Virus record (IMG/VR): IMGVR_UViG_3300022562_001969
Span: 1-64,000 of that record
Strand: one strand, 5' to 3'
Origin: a virus
DNA length: 64,000 nt
Shown: piece after piece, positions 38,496 to 48,600 of the stretch
How positions within the stretch are numbered: the first letter of the stretch is position 1
Layout of the letters: each line of letters begins with the position of its first letter
Notes under the pieces: model-generated
Databases searched by the model: none
Told to the model about the DNA's origin: nothing
The model's input: the letters and a program-made list of their open reading frames with translations, nothing else
Program-made: the position numbers and the translations under genes

Positions 38496-38854
38496 ATTTC
38501 AATCCACGCCCCCCGTGAGGGGAGCGACTTCGGTGAAGGAAAAAATTCCTTAACCGATGGGGTTTCAATCCACGCCCCCCGCGAGGGGAGCGACATAAAA
38601 ACAGGCTTCGCTTTGCGGGCTATTTCAATCCACGCCCCCCGCGAGGGGAGCGACTTGGCCGGTCAAGGTGATCCGCCAACCGGTTGCGGTTTCAATCCAC
38701 GCCCCCCGCGAGGGGAGCGACTTGCTGAAACGTTCGTGGTAGACTGTTTCAGTTTGTTTCAATCCACGCCCCCCACAAGGGGAGCGACGCGACCAGCTCA
38801 TCACTATCCAATTCAAAAAGCGTTTCAATCCACGCCCCCCACAAGGGGAGCGAC
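38496..38854 (-). CRISPR. CRISPR array 2: type I-C-like, 6 repeats of 33 bp, spacers of 33, 27, 34, 34, 33 bp
   Basis: Minus-strand repeat GTCGCTCCCCTCGCGGGGGGCGTGGATTGAAAC with variants. Confidence 0.95.
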
Positions 38855-39020
38855 GGCAACATCTGGGTATACCCAGATTATACATAATATATATTGTGGC
38901 GCCTTTTTTGTCAATCGGACAACCGGCTCAATATTGCTCGCTAAATGTTCTTTTTTGGGGTGGTTAAGGTACAAAATAGGCGCGAACCCTCCGGGCAATG
39001 GCTGGGCGCTTGGGGTTCGC
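38855..39020 (-). promoter_or_regulatory. type I-C leader
   Basis: AT-rich segment with GCGAACC...GGTTCGC inverted motif typical of I-C leaders. Confidence 0.65.
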
Positions 39021-39041
39021 AAACCCAGATTAAAGGATGAT

Positions 39042-39124
39042 CGGTTCACCCCCACGCCTGTGGGGAATACTCGTCCATCGTCCATCGTCGCGAAGCGGTT
39101 CACCCCCCCGCCTGTGGGGAATAC
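39042..39124 (-). CRISPR. type I-E-like mini-array: two 29-bp repeats, one 25-bp spacer
   Basis: Repeats at 39042-39070 and 39096-39124; spacer 39071-39095. Confidence 0.9.
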
Positions 39125-39311
39125 GCTCCAAAACGTTATAAAGTTTTAATGTTACAACCGTTCGCTAGCTTAGAACACGGATATGGGGAGGGTAACGGAT
39201 TTTCGACCTGGCTATAAGTAATCCGTTACCTTCTGCCAATCCGCTGTTCTCAAGCTAACCGTGCAATAGCAGCAACGCCCAAACGGTCGTCCATCGTCCA
39301 TCGTCAGCCGT

Positions 39312-39617
39312 CTATCGTCCACCGTCCATCGTCACCCCCGGGCAGCCTTCGACAAGCTCAGGCTGCTGCGGTCGTCCATCGTCGGTCGTCCATCGTCGGT
39401 CGTCCATCGTCGCCCCCCGGGCGGCCAGCGCCGTATTAAGCGCCTTGAGTTCCGCCTCAAGATCACCTATTTTTTTTTGCAAAGCGGTTTCGTTGGCGGC
39501 CATCTTGGCCAACCGCTTCTCCAGGGTAATATTCAGGAGAAGCGCCTGGCTTAATAGTGAGCCCCAGCGTTGGCCGAGGGTATCGACCAGCTCCAAAATT
39601 TGCTGTTCGGTCATCAT
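39312..39617 (-). CDS. small coiled-coil protein (3' end runs into a REP tract)
   Basis: Coupled to the upstream ORF. Confidence 0.5.
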   Translation of the reverse strand: MMTEQQILELVDTLGQRWGSLLSQALLLNITLEKRLAKMAANETALQKKIGDLEAELKALNTALAARGATMDDRRWTTDDGRPQQPELVEGCPGVTMDGGR

Positions 39618-39880
39618 GGTCTCTCGAACAGGAATTGGTCAATGTTCGTACCGTGGCCGCCCGCTAACCAGATATTCAGTAGGTCATTGATTGATGAATA
39701 TGCGTTGTCATACTGCGTTTTATTAACCGCTCGCCCGTCAAAATCCCCGCTGACCAATGCAATATAATTATTATGAGTATGCCTGCTATACAATCCTTCT
39801 AAGTCGGTCAAAATCTTTCTAAATTCTTGTAATTTCTGACCGGTTTCTTCGATGTGACTGTTAAACGTATTTATTGCCAT
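39614..39880 (-). CDS. hypothetical phage protein
   Basis: ORF after the tail fibre gene. Confidence 0.6.
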   Translation of the reverse strand: MAINTFNSHIEETGQKLQEFRKILTDLEGLYSRHTHNNYIALVSGDFDGRAVNKTQYDNAYSSINDLLNIWLAGGHGTNIDQFLFERP

Positions 39881-39884
39881 ATTA

Positions 39885-41567
39885 TTATCCTAAAATTCCC
39901 GCTGTCTGAAAATCGTTAATGAGTGTTCCCAGCACGTCGGCTATTTCGGCCAATGTCGTACTATCCGCGTCGAATGACCTGTCCGTGGTGACATTGGTCG
40001 GCGTGTAGGTTTGCAAGCCGCCGTCTTTGGCAATGATAACCGTATTGCCGGAGCTAAAAACTACTTTTTGCTGAGTGGTTCCCCCCCCATCATCCTCAGC
40101 GTATAGACGAGTGGTGTTTGCCCCGCCTGCGCCCGGCGCAGTCATCTCTGTAAATTCAATATCTCCCGCCCCCAGGTCGATTTTGGCTGATGGTGAGGCT
40201 ACGCCAACGCCAATATTAGCGGCGGCGGTAATGACCAACCTGTTACCACTGCCCCCTACCGTAAACCGCATCTCATCAGCCGAGTGGTTGTAGACAAACT
40301 GACCAACATTGGCGCTACTGGCGTCGCCAAAATCTATAATGGAGTTTGCCGCCGCGCCCCCTATCAGGGTTAGGCGGACATTGTCTGTAGTATTGACGTT
40401 GTTTTGGACAAAAATCCCGTTACCCGTTGGGATGGAGGGCAACGAGCCGGCTCCGCCAGTAACGTGCAATTTGTATTGCGGGCTGCTTTCACTGATGCCG
40501 ACATTGCCACCCGGCAACACCCGTAATCTTTCGACATTGCCGCCGCTATTATTGGGACTGGTTTTAATGAAAAATGACATCGGCACGGTATTGGCGGCCA
40601 CACTGCCCTCTATCTCGGCCCCAAACTGGGCGGCCAGATTATAATCGGTGCCGTCGTGGGCCTCAAAATTGAACAGCCCTACAGTGTCTCCAGCCTGAAC
40701 TGCCGCCCCCCCGGCTCTGGCTCGCAAAAATGCGGCCTGGCTGCCACGCCCGGCCGTATCCGATTGTCGCGACAACACGATAGCGCGGACGTTGGCCACG
40801 TCCGCATCCTGCACGGACAGTTGCGCCTGAGTGACCGTACCTTGAAACGTATATTGCGTATCGGCCGACCTGATACTAACAGCCTCATTAGTCACATCGA
40901 CATTAAACACCGGCGCGCCGCCATCAGCGTCCAATACCTGGAAAAAGTCCGTACTATCAGTCGTTGGTTGTAGCTTTATCTGGCCGGTAGAGGTAGGTTT
41001 AATGGTTAAGTCGTGGCTGGCGTCTACCGCCAGCGTGGCGTAGACCGAATTATCCGTATGGGTGAGCCGTAGTTGCGGGCCGGCGTTATTGAGGATGTCC
41101 ACCTGATTGCGAGGCGTGGCCACGCCAACGCCGAAAAAGCCGTCACTGCCCCGCAAAAACATATCGCCATTGAAATTGATGTCCACATCCCCTGAGCCGG
41201 GGCCAAGGGTAATCAAATCCTGGGTGGTCTCTGTCAATTTCAGCATCGACAGGCCGCCAGCGGTAAACTCTATCTCATCGTCAGCGAAACAAATTTTGGT
41301 GTCCGGGTCGCCAGTGTGAATGATGCAATCGGCCAGGGTCAGATTACCCACCCCACTCAGATCGCCGGTGATAATCAGGTTTCCGGCCAGGGTGACATCG
41401 CCGTTATTGTCAACGCTCACAGCCGGATCAACCGTCCCATCCGGCGAGACCATGACGCTATGAGGCGGCGCTTCCAGAGTTTTCAATTGGTTCAGATCGG
41501 TAATTAGCCGGATCATCCCCTGATTGCTTTGCTGGCCAATCACCTCGTTGAAATTTGGATCAGGCAT
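39885..41567 (-). CDS. tail fibre protein
   Basis: Repeated GNVGI...P..KLHV fibre motifs; Gly/Thr-rich. Confidence 0.8.
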   Translation of the reverse strand: MPDPNFNEVIGQQSNQGMIRLITDLNQLKTLEAPPHSVMVSPDGTVDPAVSVDNNGDVTLAGNLIITGDLSGVGNLTLADCIIHTGDPDTKICFADDEIEFTAGGLSMLKLTETTQDLITLGPGSGDVDINFNGDMFLRGSDGFFGVGVATPRNQVDILNNAGPQLRLTHTDNSVYATLAVDASHDLTIKPTSTGQIKLQPTTDSTDFFQVLDADGGAPVFNVDVTNEAVSIRSADTQYTFQGTVTQAQLSVQDADVANVRAIVLSRQSDTAGRGSQAAFLRARAGGAAVQAGDTVGLFNFEAHDGTDYNLAAQFGAEIEGSVAANTVPMSFFIKTSPNNSGGNVERLRVLPGGNVGISESSPQYKLHVTGGAGSLPSIPTGNGIFVQNNVNTTDNVRLTLIGGAAANSIIDFGDASSANVGQFVYNHSADEMRFTVGGSGNRLVITAAANIGVGVASPSAKIDLGAGDIEFTEMTAPGAGGANTTRLYAEDDGGGTTQQKVVFSSGNTVIIAKDGGLQTYTPTNVTTDRSFDADSTTLAEIADVLGTLINDFQTAGILG

Positions 41568-42727
41568 TATATATCCTCAAACTCCATCCGGATTTCATCC
41601 ACCTCCTCGCCATCCGGGTTGACGCTGGTGGAGATGCTGCGCAATTGTTTGTTCACCCGCACCCCGGAGCGATTGGACTGCGCAGTCACAAAATCGGCCA
41701 GAAAATAATCCCGGTATAACACCTGCGCCCCCCGGCGCGGGTTGAAGTTGAATTGCTCTTTGGAGACCAGCTCCTTCAGCTTGGCCTTGGCCGACCCTAC
41801 CAGGTCGGCCGCCGTGTCACTCTGCACCGAGTTGACCACGCTCTCACGCTGGGCGATACCCGACACCGCCAGGCTGTCCGTGTCGGTGGCCACCTCTACC
41901 CGGCGATCAGAGCCATAGCCCTGCCCCAGGGCGACCACCACATTGGCTTCGTTGTAGCGGCTGCGGCTGAGGCGCTCCGACTGAATGTTGCCCAATTGCG
42001 CGCTGAAAATGAGAGGGGCGTTGCCGGCGGCGTTTAGACCACCGCTGCCAATGTGCAGCCCCTCGGTGGTCCGGTCAATGCCCAATTGACCGACCTCAAA
42101 TTGAAACTGAAACCCACCCAGATAAGTCACCCGGAAATCGACCTTGTCGGTGATGGCGGCGTTATTCTCGCGGGTGAAATCGCTAATCTCGCGGATGGTG
42201 GCCATTAAATTCTTTCTGGCCTTGGAGCCGGACCAGGTTCCCCCCAGGATCGGATCCGCCGCCAGAGTGACCAAATTCTGGGCCGGATAGTCGCGGCTGG
42301 CCGTCCCACCGGCCCCCACGTTTTCATACACGTATGAGAGCATGACGCTGGAAGCGGCCCCGCTTTTGTTGGCCTGGGCGCTGTCGGTCGGATATAAAAT
42401 CCAGGTTTTTTCTAATAGCTCCTCCATCGCCGGGCCGTAGGAAGTGTAAATCTGCTGGCCGTTTGGCGAGAGTGAATCGCTAAAAGTTTTGTGGATACCG
42501 TTGAAGATGTTGAGCCAGTCAATGCCAAAGGTGTTATCCTGAAACCAAATCCGGACAATGGAGTCGTCCTGAATTTCGCCAATGCGACTATCAAACCCGG
42601 ATAAGGTGAGCTGGTATTCCCCCTTGGCCGAGATACGTTGGGTGAAAGAGAGCGAGCGGAAATCCTCAAAAATGGCCACAGTGGAGCCGGCCGAGTTTTC
42701 AATATCCACCCGATAAAGAACCGGCAT
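41567..42727 (-). CDS. siphovirus minor tail protein (Gp37-like hub)
   Basis: NVVVALGQGYG..R, YRDYFLADFV; position. Confidence 0.75.
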   Translation of the reverse strand: MPVLYRVDIENSAGSTVAIFEDFRSLSFTQRISAKGEYQLTLSGFDSRIGEIQDDSIVRIWFQDNTFGIDWLNIFNGIHKTFSDSLSPNGQQIYTSYGPAMEELLEKTWILYPTDSAQANKSGAASSVMLSYVYENVGAGGTASRDYPAQNLVTLAADPILGGTWSGSKARKNLMATIREISDFTRENNAAITDKVDFRVTYLGGFQFQFEVGQLGIDRTTEGLHIGSGGLNAAGNAPLIFSAQLGNIQSERLSRSRYNEANVVVALGQGYGSDRRVEVATDTDSLAVSGIAQRESVVNSVQSDTAADLVGSAKAKLKELVSKEQFNFNPRRGAQVLYRDYFLADFVTAQSNRSGVRVNKQLRSISTSVNPDGEEVDEIRMEFEDI

Positions 42728-43725
42728 TAGATCAGCCCCATCAATGTTATACTCGACCCATCGGCGAAATTCCCGGCCGCCACTGCAATATCAATTCGAG
42801 TAATAGCGCCTGTGTTCCGCCACCAGGCCGCCCCCTGGGTAATTTCAAAAGCGGCGCCGTCCCCGAAGAAAGTATTTTTGGAAAGGGCGTTTTTATACCC
42901 GGTGGTTAATCTGTAAAACGGTATCAGAATTTCAAAGCTGTCATAATAATCAGTGGTCCCATTGGCCGCAGTTGTTTTCATATTGCCAATGGACGTGTCG
43001 GCTGCCGCATCGGTCTCGCTCAGTGTGCCGGCTGAGTTAGCTGTGTGCGCAATCCAGTCGTAATTAGCCCCCCCGTCACTGTTGAAGGTCATTTGTAGAG
43101 CGACAGATGCAGCCGCAGTGGTGCCTCTGATACGACCTTTCAACAACAGGTGGGAGAAAAGAGGGGCAATACTTGAAAAAGTGGCCGTGGCGGAGCCACC
43201 GGCGCTGGTAAATACGCCCAGTTTGACCGCCGTCCCTGAAGGGGTGGCCAACACCCGGGCGTCCGAAATGGAAGAGAAATTACCAGCCCCATCCAGGACG
43301 ACATCTACAATGGGCACTTCCCAGGTGGCGGCGGTCTGGGTCAAAACAGCCTTAGAGCTGACTGCGCCGCCTATCCGGGCCAGCCTGACTGTCTGAGAGG
43401 CCGCCACACGCTGCAAAACAATGATATCGGTGGCGTTGATGTTGCCGGGGCTGGCGTTAATATCAAAATCGACATTGGCGTCATTGGTATAAACCCAACC
43501 CTCGACAATGCCCACCCCGCTGGCGATACGGACGGTGGAACCGGCTGGGTTCGTCGGTTCTAACAGACCAGAGTAAGGGGATTGGGTCCAGTAGATCACC
43601 CCGGCCGTGTCAGGGGTGATATTGCTTAAAAATTTGTTTGTGTCCTCCACAATAGCCAGGCTGTAAGAGGAGGCGCCCCCGTCTCCGGCGACTGTGCAAC
43701 TCCATGGAAATGAAAATTCTGTCAT
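42727..43725 (-). CDS. minor tail/baseplate protein (paralog B)
   Basis: VRIASGVGIVEGWVY, DIIVL, LTQTAATWEVP. Confidence 0.72.
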   Translation of the reverse strand: MTEFSFPWSCTVAGDGGASSYSLAIVEDTNKFLSNITPDTAGVIYWTQSPYSGLLEPTNPAGSTVRIASGVGIVEGWVYTNDANVDFDINASPGNINATDIIVLQRVAASQTVRLARIGGAVSSKAVLTQTAATWEVPIVDVVLDGAGNFSSISDARVLATPSGTAVKLGVFTSAGGSATATFSSIAPLFSHLLLKGRIRGTTAAASVALQMTFNSDGGANYDWIAHTANSAGTLSETDAAADTSIGNMKTTAANGTTDYYDSFEILIPFYRLTTGYKNALSKNTFFGDGAAFEITQGAAWWRNTGAITRIDIAVAAGNFADGSSITLMGLI

Positions 43726-44699
43726 TATACTACTCCATATAGCGTCATCGCAGTGCCGGCTCCGCCACCAGCCGCCACAACTACTCTTAAGGAATTTATG
43801 GGAGAGGCGGAACGAAAAAACCAGCATCCACTCCGGCTAATCTTGAAATCTGCCACACTCTGGAAAAATGCGCTGCGGGTCAGAAAACTTTTGGCGGGGG
43901 CATTGGTAGCGTAGTCAGGCATAAGGATTTCAAAAACGCTAAAATAGTTGGCCGTGCTGTTGGTCTCAACCGCTGTATAACTGGCGCCTCCCCCCGTGCC
44001 GTTCGTCTCGGACTGAGTACCGCTTGCGTCGGCCGAATGAATTATTTGAGAGCCAATCGGTACACTGGTGTTAACTTGCAGGCTGATGAATGAGGAAACA
44101 GTGGCGTTGCCACGCCCAATCAGTTTTAATGCAGAGAAAACGGGGGGGATATTATCGAACCGGTTATCCAGCGTGTCGAATATTTCCGCTATTTTTATTA
44201 TTGTCCCGGACGATACGGCCAAAGCTCTGACATCGGTTATTGAGACTAACTTCCCCGTTCCATCCAGGGACAATTCCACCAGGGGCACTTCCCAGGTGGC
44301 GGCGGTTTGGGTCAGCGTGGCTTTGGCGTTTGCTTCCCCCCGCAGTCGCACTAATCGCACGGTCTGATTAATCAAAGAGCGGCGTAAAACAATGATATCA
44401 GTGGCGCTGGCGTTGCCGGGGTTGCCGTTAATATCAAAATCGACATTGGCGTCATTGGTATACAGCCACCCCTCTACAAAGCCCACCCCACTGGCGATAC
44501 GGACGGTATTGACACCATCTGGCAAACTCGGTCCTAATAAATTTTCGTAGGGTGATGTTGTCCAATAAACGACCCCATTTTCGGTGGGATTGAAATTACA
44601 CAACAAGCGATTGGTCGCGGTCACCATACTCAAGCTGAGCGAATTCGGGCCACCGTCGCCGGTGGCCGTACAACTCCAGGGAAAGGAAAATTGGGTCAT
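43725..44699 (-). CDS. minor tail/baseplate protein (paralog A)
   Basis: N-terminal half highly similar to the next gene. Confidence 0.72.
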   Translation of the reverse strand: MTQFSFPWSCTATGDGGPNSLSLSMVTATNRLLCNFNPTENGVVYWTTSPYENLLGPSLPDGVNTVRIASGVGFVEGWLYTNDANVDFDINGNPGNASATDIIVLRRSLINQTVRLVRLRGEANAKATLTQTAATWEVPLVELSLDGTGKLVSITDVRALAVSSGTIIKIAEIFDTLDNRFDNIPPVFSALKLIGRGNATVSSFISLQVNTSVPIGSQIIHSADASGTQSETNGTGGGASYTAVETNSTANYFSVFEILMPDYATNAPAKSFLTRSAFFQSVADFKISRSGCWFFRSASPINSLRVVVAAGGGAGTAMTLYGVV

Positions 44700-44708
44700 C
44701 GGTCTACC

Positions 44709-45650
44709 TCAACAGGGCGCAAAGGCCGAAATATGGCGCACATAATAGGTAAAGGTCACCTGCGAGACGCCCTCCTCTACCGCCGCGCCCACGACGGTGA
44801 TGGAGTTGTCGCCGCTGGCGGTCAAATCCCCCACGGTGGCCAGGGCAAAGGTCGCCAGGTCGGAATCGCTGGAAACTGTGCCAATCAGGTTAACCCCCAG
44901 GTCGTTGAGGACGGTGACCGTATTGGGCAGGATGGTGATGGTCACCGTCTCGCCACTGGCCACAATGTAATCCAGTTGAATACTCTGGCCGGTGGTGTTG
45001 TTGATGATTTCCGGCGAGGTCATGGGGCCGGTAATGACGATGGTGATCTGATCACCTTCCCAGGTGCCCGGGTAATTGATGGTCGTGGTGGTGGCGATAT
45101 AGTCATTGGCCAGGCAGGTGTCCAGACAGGTGTCCAGACAGGCCCCGGTGATGGTTGAGGTAAACGTTTCGGTCAGGGCCGTGGGCAGCCGCCAAATGGG
45201 GTCCTCGCAAAAAAAGCGCACCGATTCGCGCAAATCGGCCGTGGACAGGCTGCTCTCCCCATCCCAATTGCCGGCCGGCCCTTCCAGGATTCTGGCCCCG
45301 ATCTCAATCTCGACATTATCGGGCCGGATAAAGAGCAATGTCCCGGCGGCGACCACACTGGACCGGTTGGGCCGTAAGGCGTTAATCATCTCGGCCTCAT
45401 TGCACCAAAAATCATCCCGCAGGCAACCCCGCTCGTAGAGTTGCAGATTGATAATCCGGGCGTCCAGCCGGAAATCGCGCACCGTGACCCCGTTCTGGAA
45501 GGGCCCGCGATCTTGCAGATAGGTAATCGGCGGCATCCCGGCCGCTTGCCAGGACATCAGCGCCCGCCGGCCGCCAAAAAGGGGATATTGCACCCCGTCC
45601 GGCGTGATATAGTAGGCGAATTCAATTAGCTGATAATTTCGATTAAACAT
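44709..45650 (-). CDS. distal tail protein (Dit-like)
   Basis: Follows the tape measure gene; FFCEDPIW, ITIVITGPMTSPEI. Confidence 0.78.
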   Translation of the reverse strand: MFNRNYQLIEFAYYITPDGVQYPLFGGRRALMSWQAAGMPPITYLQDRGPFQNGVTVRDFRLDARIINLQLYERGCLRDDFWCNEAEMINALRPNRSSVVAAGTLLFIRPDNVEIEIGARILEGPAGNWDGESSLSTADLRESVRFFCEDPIWRLPTALTETFTSTITGACLDTCLDTCLANDYIATTTTINYPGTWEGDQITIVITGPMTSPEIINNTTGQSIQLDYIVASGETVTITILPNTVTVLNDLGVNLIGTVSSDSDLATFALATVGDLTASGDNSITVVGAAVEEGVSQVTFTYYVRHISAFAPC

Positions 45651-45656
45651 AGCCTT

Positions 45657-48600
45657 TTATGGCGCGCTGGCCAAAATATAGGATAACTGGGATTGATCCG
45701 CAATCGGCGTCCCGCTATTATTGGTATAGTTAACCGTGGTGTTATTGGTGGTGTTATTTTGCGAGAGCGCGCTGTTAGTGATTTGCTGGGCCGACGCCGG
45801 TTGCTCATAAACGCCCGCCTCCACCTGGGCCACAATCTGGTCAAAGGTCAGGCCGCTCGAAAAGGCGGTCGAGGGCACAATCCGGGCCAACTCGCGCACC
45901 TGATCCAATATCTGGCTGAAGGTCATCCCGCTATCCAGCCCGCCCAGGCTTAAAAATCGTTGTTCAGCGACTTTTTGCATATCGCCCGCGGATAAAGGCG
46001 GCGGCGGCGCGGGGGGTGGGGGCGGTGGCGGCGGTGGGGGGGGCGGTGGCGGGGGCGGCAAGGCCGGGGTGGACCGCTGAGACATCATCTGGATGAACCT
46101 ATCCCATTCGCTCATCTCCGGGCCCTGCACATCCAACTTTATCGGAGGCGGCGAGGTGATCACCAAATCCTTATTGATCTGGGAGACCGTATTTTTGAGC
46201 GCCCCTCGTTGGCTCTCAATGCCCCCGACCAGGCCGGTCATGATATCGGTGCCGATGCCGGCAAAGACGGTACTGGGCGATCTGATGCCCAGTACGGCTT
46301 TAGCCTGGCTAATGGCCCGGCTGACCACATCGCCCAGGGCGTTTACGATCTGGGAGGCGTTGGTCACAATGCCCGATAATAGCCCCTGCATCAGGCTGGC
46401 CGCAACGGTCACGAATTGAGGGACGCTGCTTTGTAGCAGGCCAATGGCCTCCCGGACCAGGGTGGCAATGCCCACCAAGAAATTAGCTACAAACCGTTTC
46501 CCGGCCTCGATGATGGCCGTAAACATATCCGGGATGATCGAGCCGCCGATCAGGGCGTCGGACAGAGAGGTGAAGTAGTCAATGACGCCGGTGACCAGGC
46601 CGCTAATCAGGGAGTAGATAGTTTGCACGAAGCCGGTCACCAGACCGACGACGCCACTGATTAAGCCCCCGACGATATTTTTTAGCCCCTGGCCCATCTG
46701 CGTCCAGGCCGCCTGCACCTGCTCGCTATTGCCTTGGAATAGGCCGACAACCAACTGCACAAAGCCGGTTATAAATTGCACGACGCCGGTCAAGGCGGTA
46801 GTGATCCCGGTGGCCACCTTTATGAAGGTGTCAATCAGGGGGCCAATGGCCTGCGAGATACCGGTCACCATCCCCACCGCCACCCCGACCGCAGCCAACA
46901 TTGCCGCCCCGATGACCGTCAAGACAACGGTGATGGCCGGCTGTAACGCCTGCCACAATTGGCCCAGTTGAGCCAGGAGTGGCCCAAAACGGCCCAGGGC
47001 GGCTGAGGCGTTTTCAACGAAAGTGGCGATAACCGGCCCAATTAAAGAGATAGCCACCCCAATGACAGTGGAGATCAGAGACCATGCGGTGGCGATGACG
47101 CGCTGAACATTTTCCCAGGTGTCCCGGATTGTCTGGCGAATACCCTCGCTATTTTTCTCCAAAAAGGCCAGCATATTGGCCAGCCCATCCCGGATGGCGA
47201 CCACTATCCGGCCCAGGCTGAGGAAGATCGTATCCGAGATATTGCTCATAGAATTACTGGCGTCGCGGTCACTTTTTCCCCAGAATGTGCGCCAGATACC
47301 GCCAATCGTCTCCAACGCTCCACTAAAAATTTCCTGAATAATCGGGAAGGCAGCCCCTAAAATATCCTGCACCAGGCCAAACGCCTCTTTTACCACCCCC
47401 CCATATTCCGCCCAGAATGAGGCCCAGAAGATTTTTAAGGCGTCAAATGTTTCGGTTATGAAGCCACTGATAAAGCTGATGGCCGTCTGGGTCTTTTCCT
47501 GGATGCCGCCCCAATTGTTGCTCCAGACCACCCCCAGGGCCACCACCGCGCCGGCCACCAGGCCAATCGGCGAGAGCAACAGCCCAATCGCGCTCACCAG
47601 GGCTGTAATGCCAAGGTAAATAGCGCCGCCGGCCAAAATGCCCCCGATAGCGATCAAAACCCCCTTGAGCGCCTCCGCATGGTCAGAGACAAAGTCGCCA
47701 ATCGTCATCCCCAGGTTGATAACGCCGGCGGCAAAGTTTTTGATCCGGGTTAACTCCGGCCCTTCTACCCCAAAGGCGGCCAGCCCGGCGATAAAGGAAT
47801 CTAGTAGCCCTTGTCCCCCTAGCAAACTGCCGATGAAGGTAGTCAGACCCTCGCCGGCCCGTTTGAAGAAATCTACAAATGGCTCCGCGTTATTGGCCAC
47901 AAAATCAGTGATAGCCCGGACAACGGCCGTCAGAGCGGGCAGCAAGGCCGTCCCCAGTTGGAGCTGGATGTCCTCAACCACCCCGCCCAAAATGTCCATT
48001 GCCCCGGCGAAGTTGTCAACCCGGGTCGCCGCCGCTTCCTGGGCCTGTCCAGAGGCGTTGACCGTGGTGGAAAGGGCCTCAAATTCAGAGCGAGTCAGGC
48101 CGGCCAGGGCCAGCACTGTCCGGGCAGCGTCCGCTCCCCCCAGGGCGGTGGCGGTCTGAGCTTGCTGGGCCTCTGTCATCCCACTAAAGGCCCCGTGTAA
48201 TTGGTCCACCACCTCGGCCATTGACCGCATTTGGCCAGATTCGTCGAAAAGGGTGATACCCAATTCGTCCAATGTCTCCTGCAGCTTGTCGGTCGGAGCG
48301 GCCAATCGTTGCAAAAAAGTCTTGAAACTGGTGCCGGCGTCGGCCCCGCTACTGAATGAAGAGGCTGAAGCGGCCAGGACGGTATTCAGGTCGCCAAAGC
48401 TGACCCCCATCCCGGCGGCGATCCCCCCGGCGTTGGCCAGAGCCAACCCGTAGTCATTAATATCGAATTTAGAGGCCGTGGTCACCCCGGTGATGCCATC
48501 AATGGCGGTTGACATATCGTTGGCTTCAATGTGAAACAGGGCCATCGCGTCGGTGGCAATATCGGCCGCTCTGGAAAAATCGGCTCCGGTCGCGTTCGAC

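Noticed and set aside
38478-39149. 223-aa ORF with SIHAPREGSD repeats and overlapping ORFs
   Set aside because: Translation of the I-C array, leader and I-E mini-array
45995-46062. Poly-proline G-rich tract in the tape measure gene (also in parB)
   Set aside because: Low-complexity linker with no independent evidence of function
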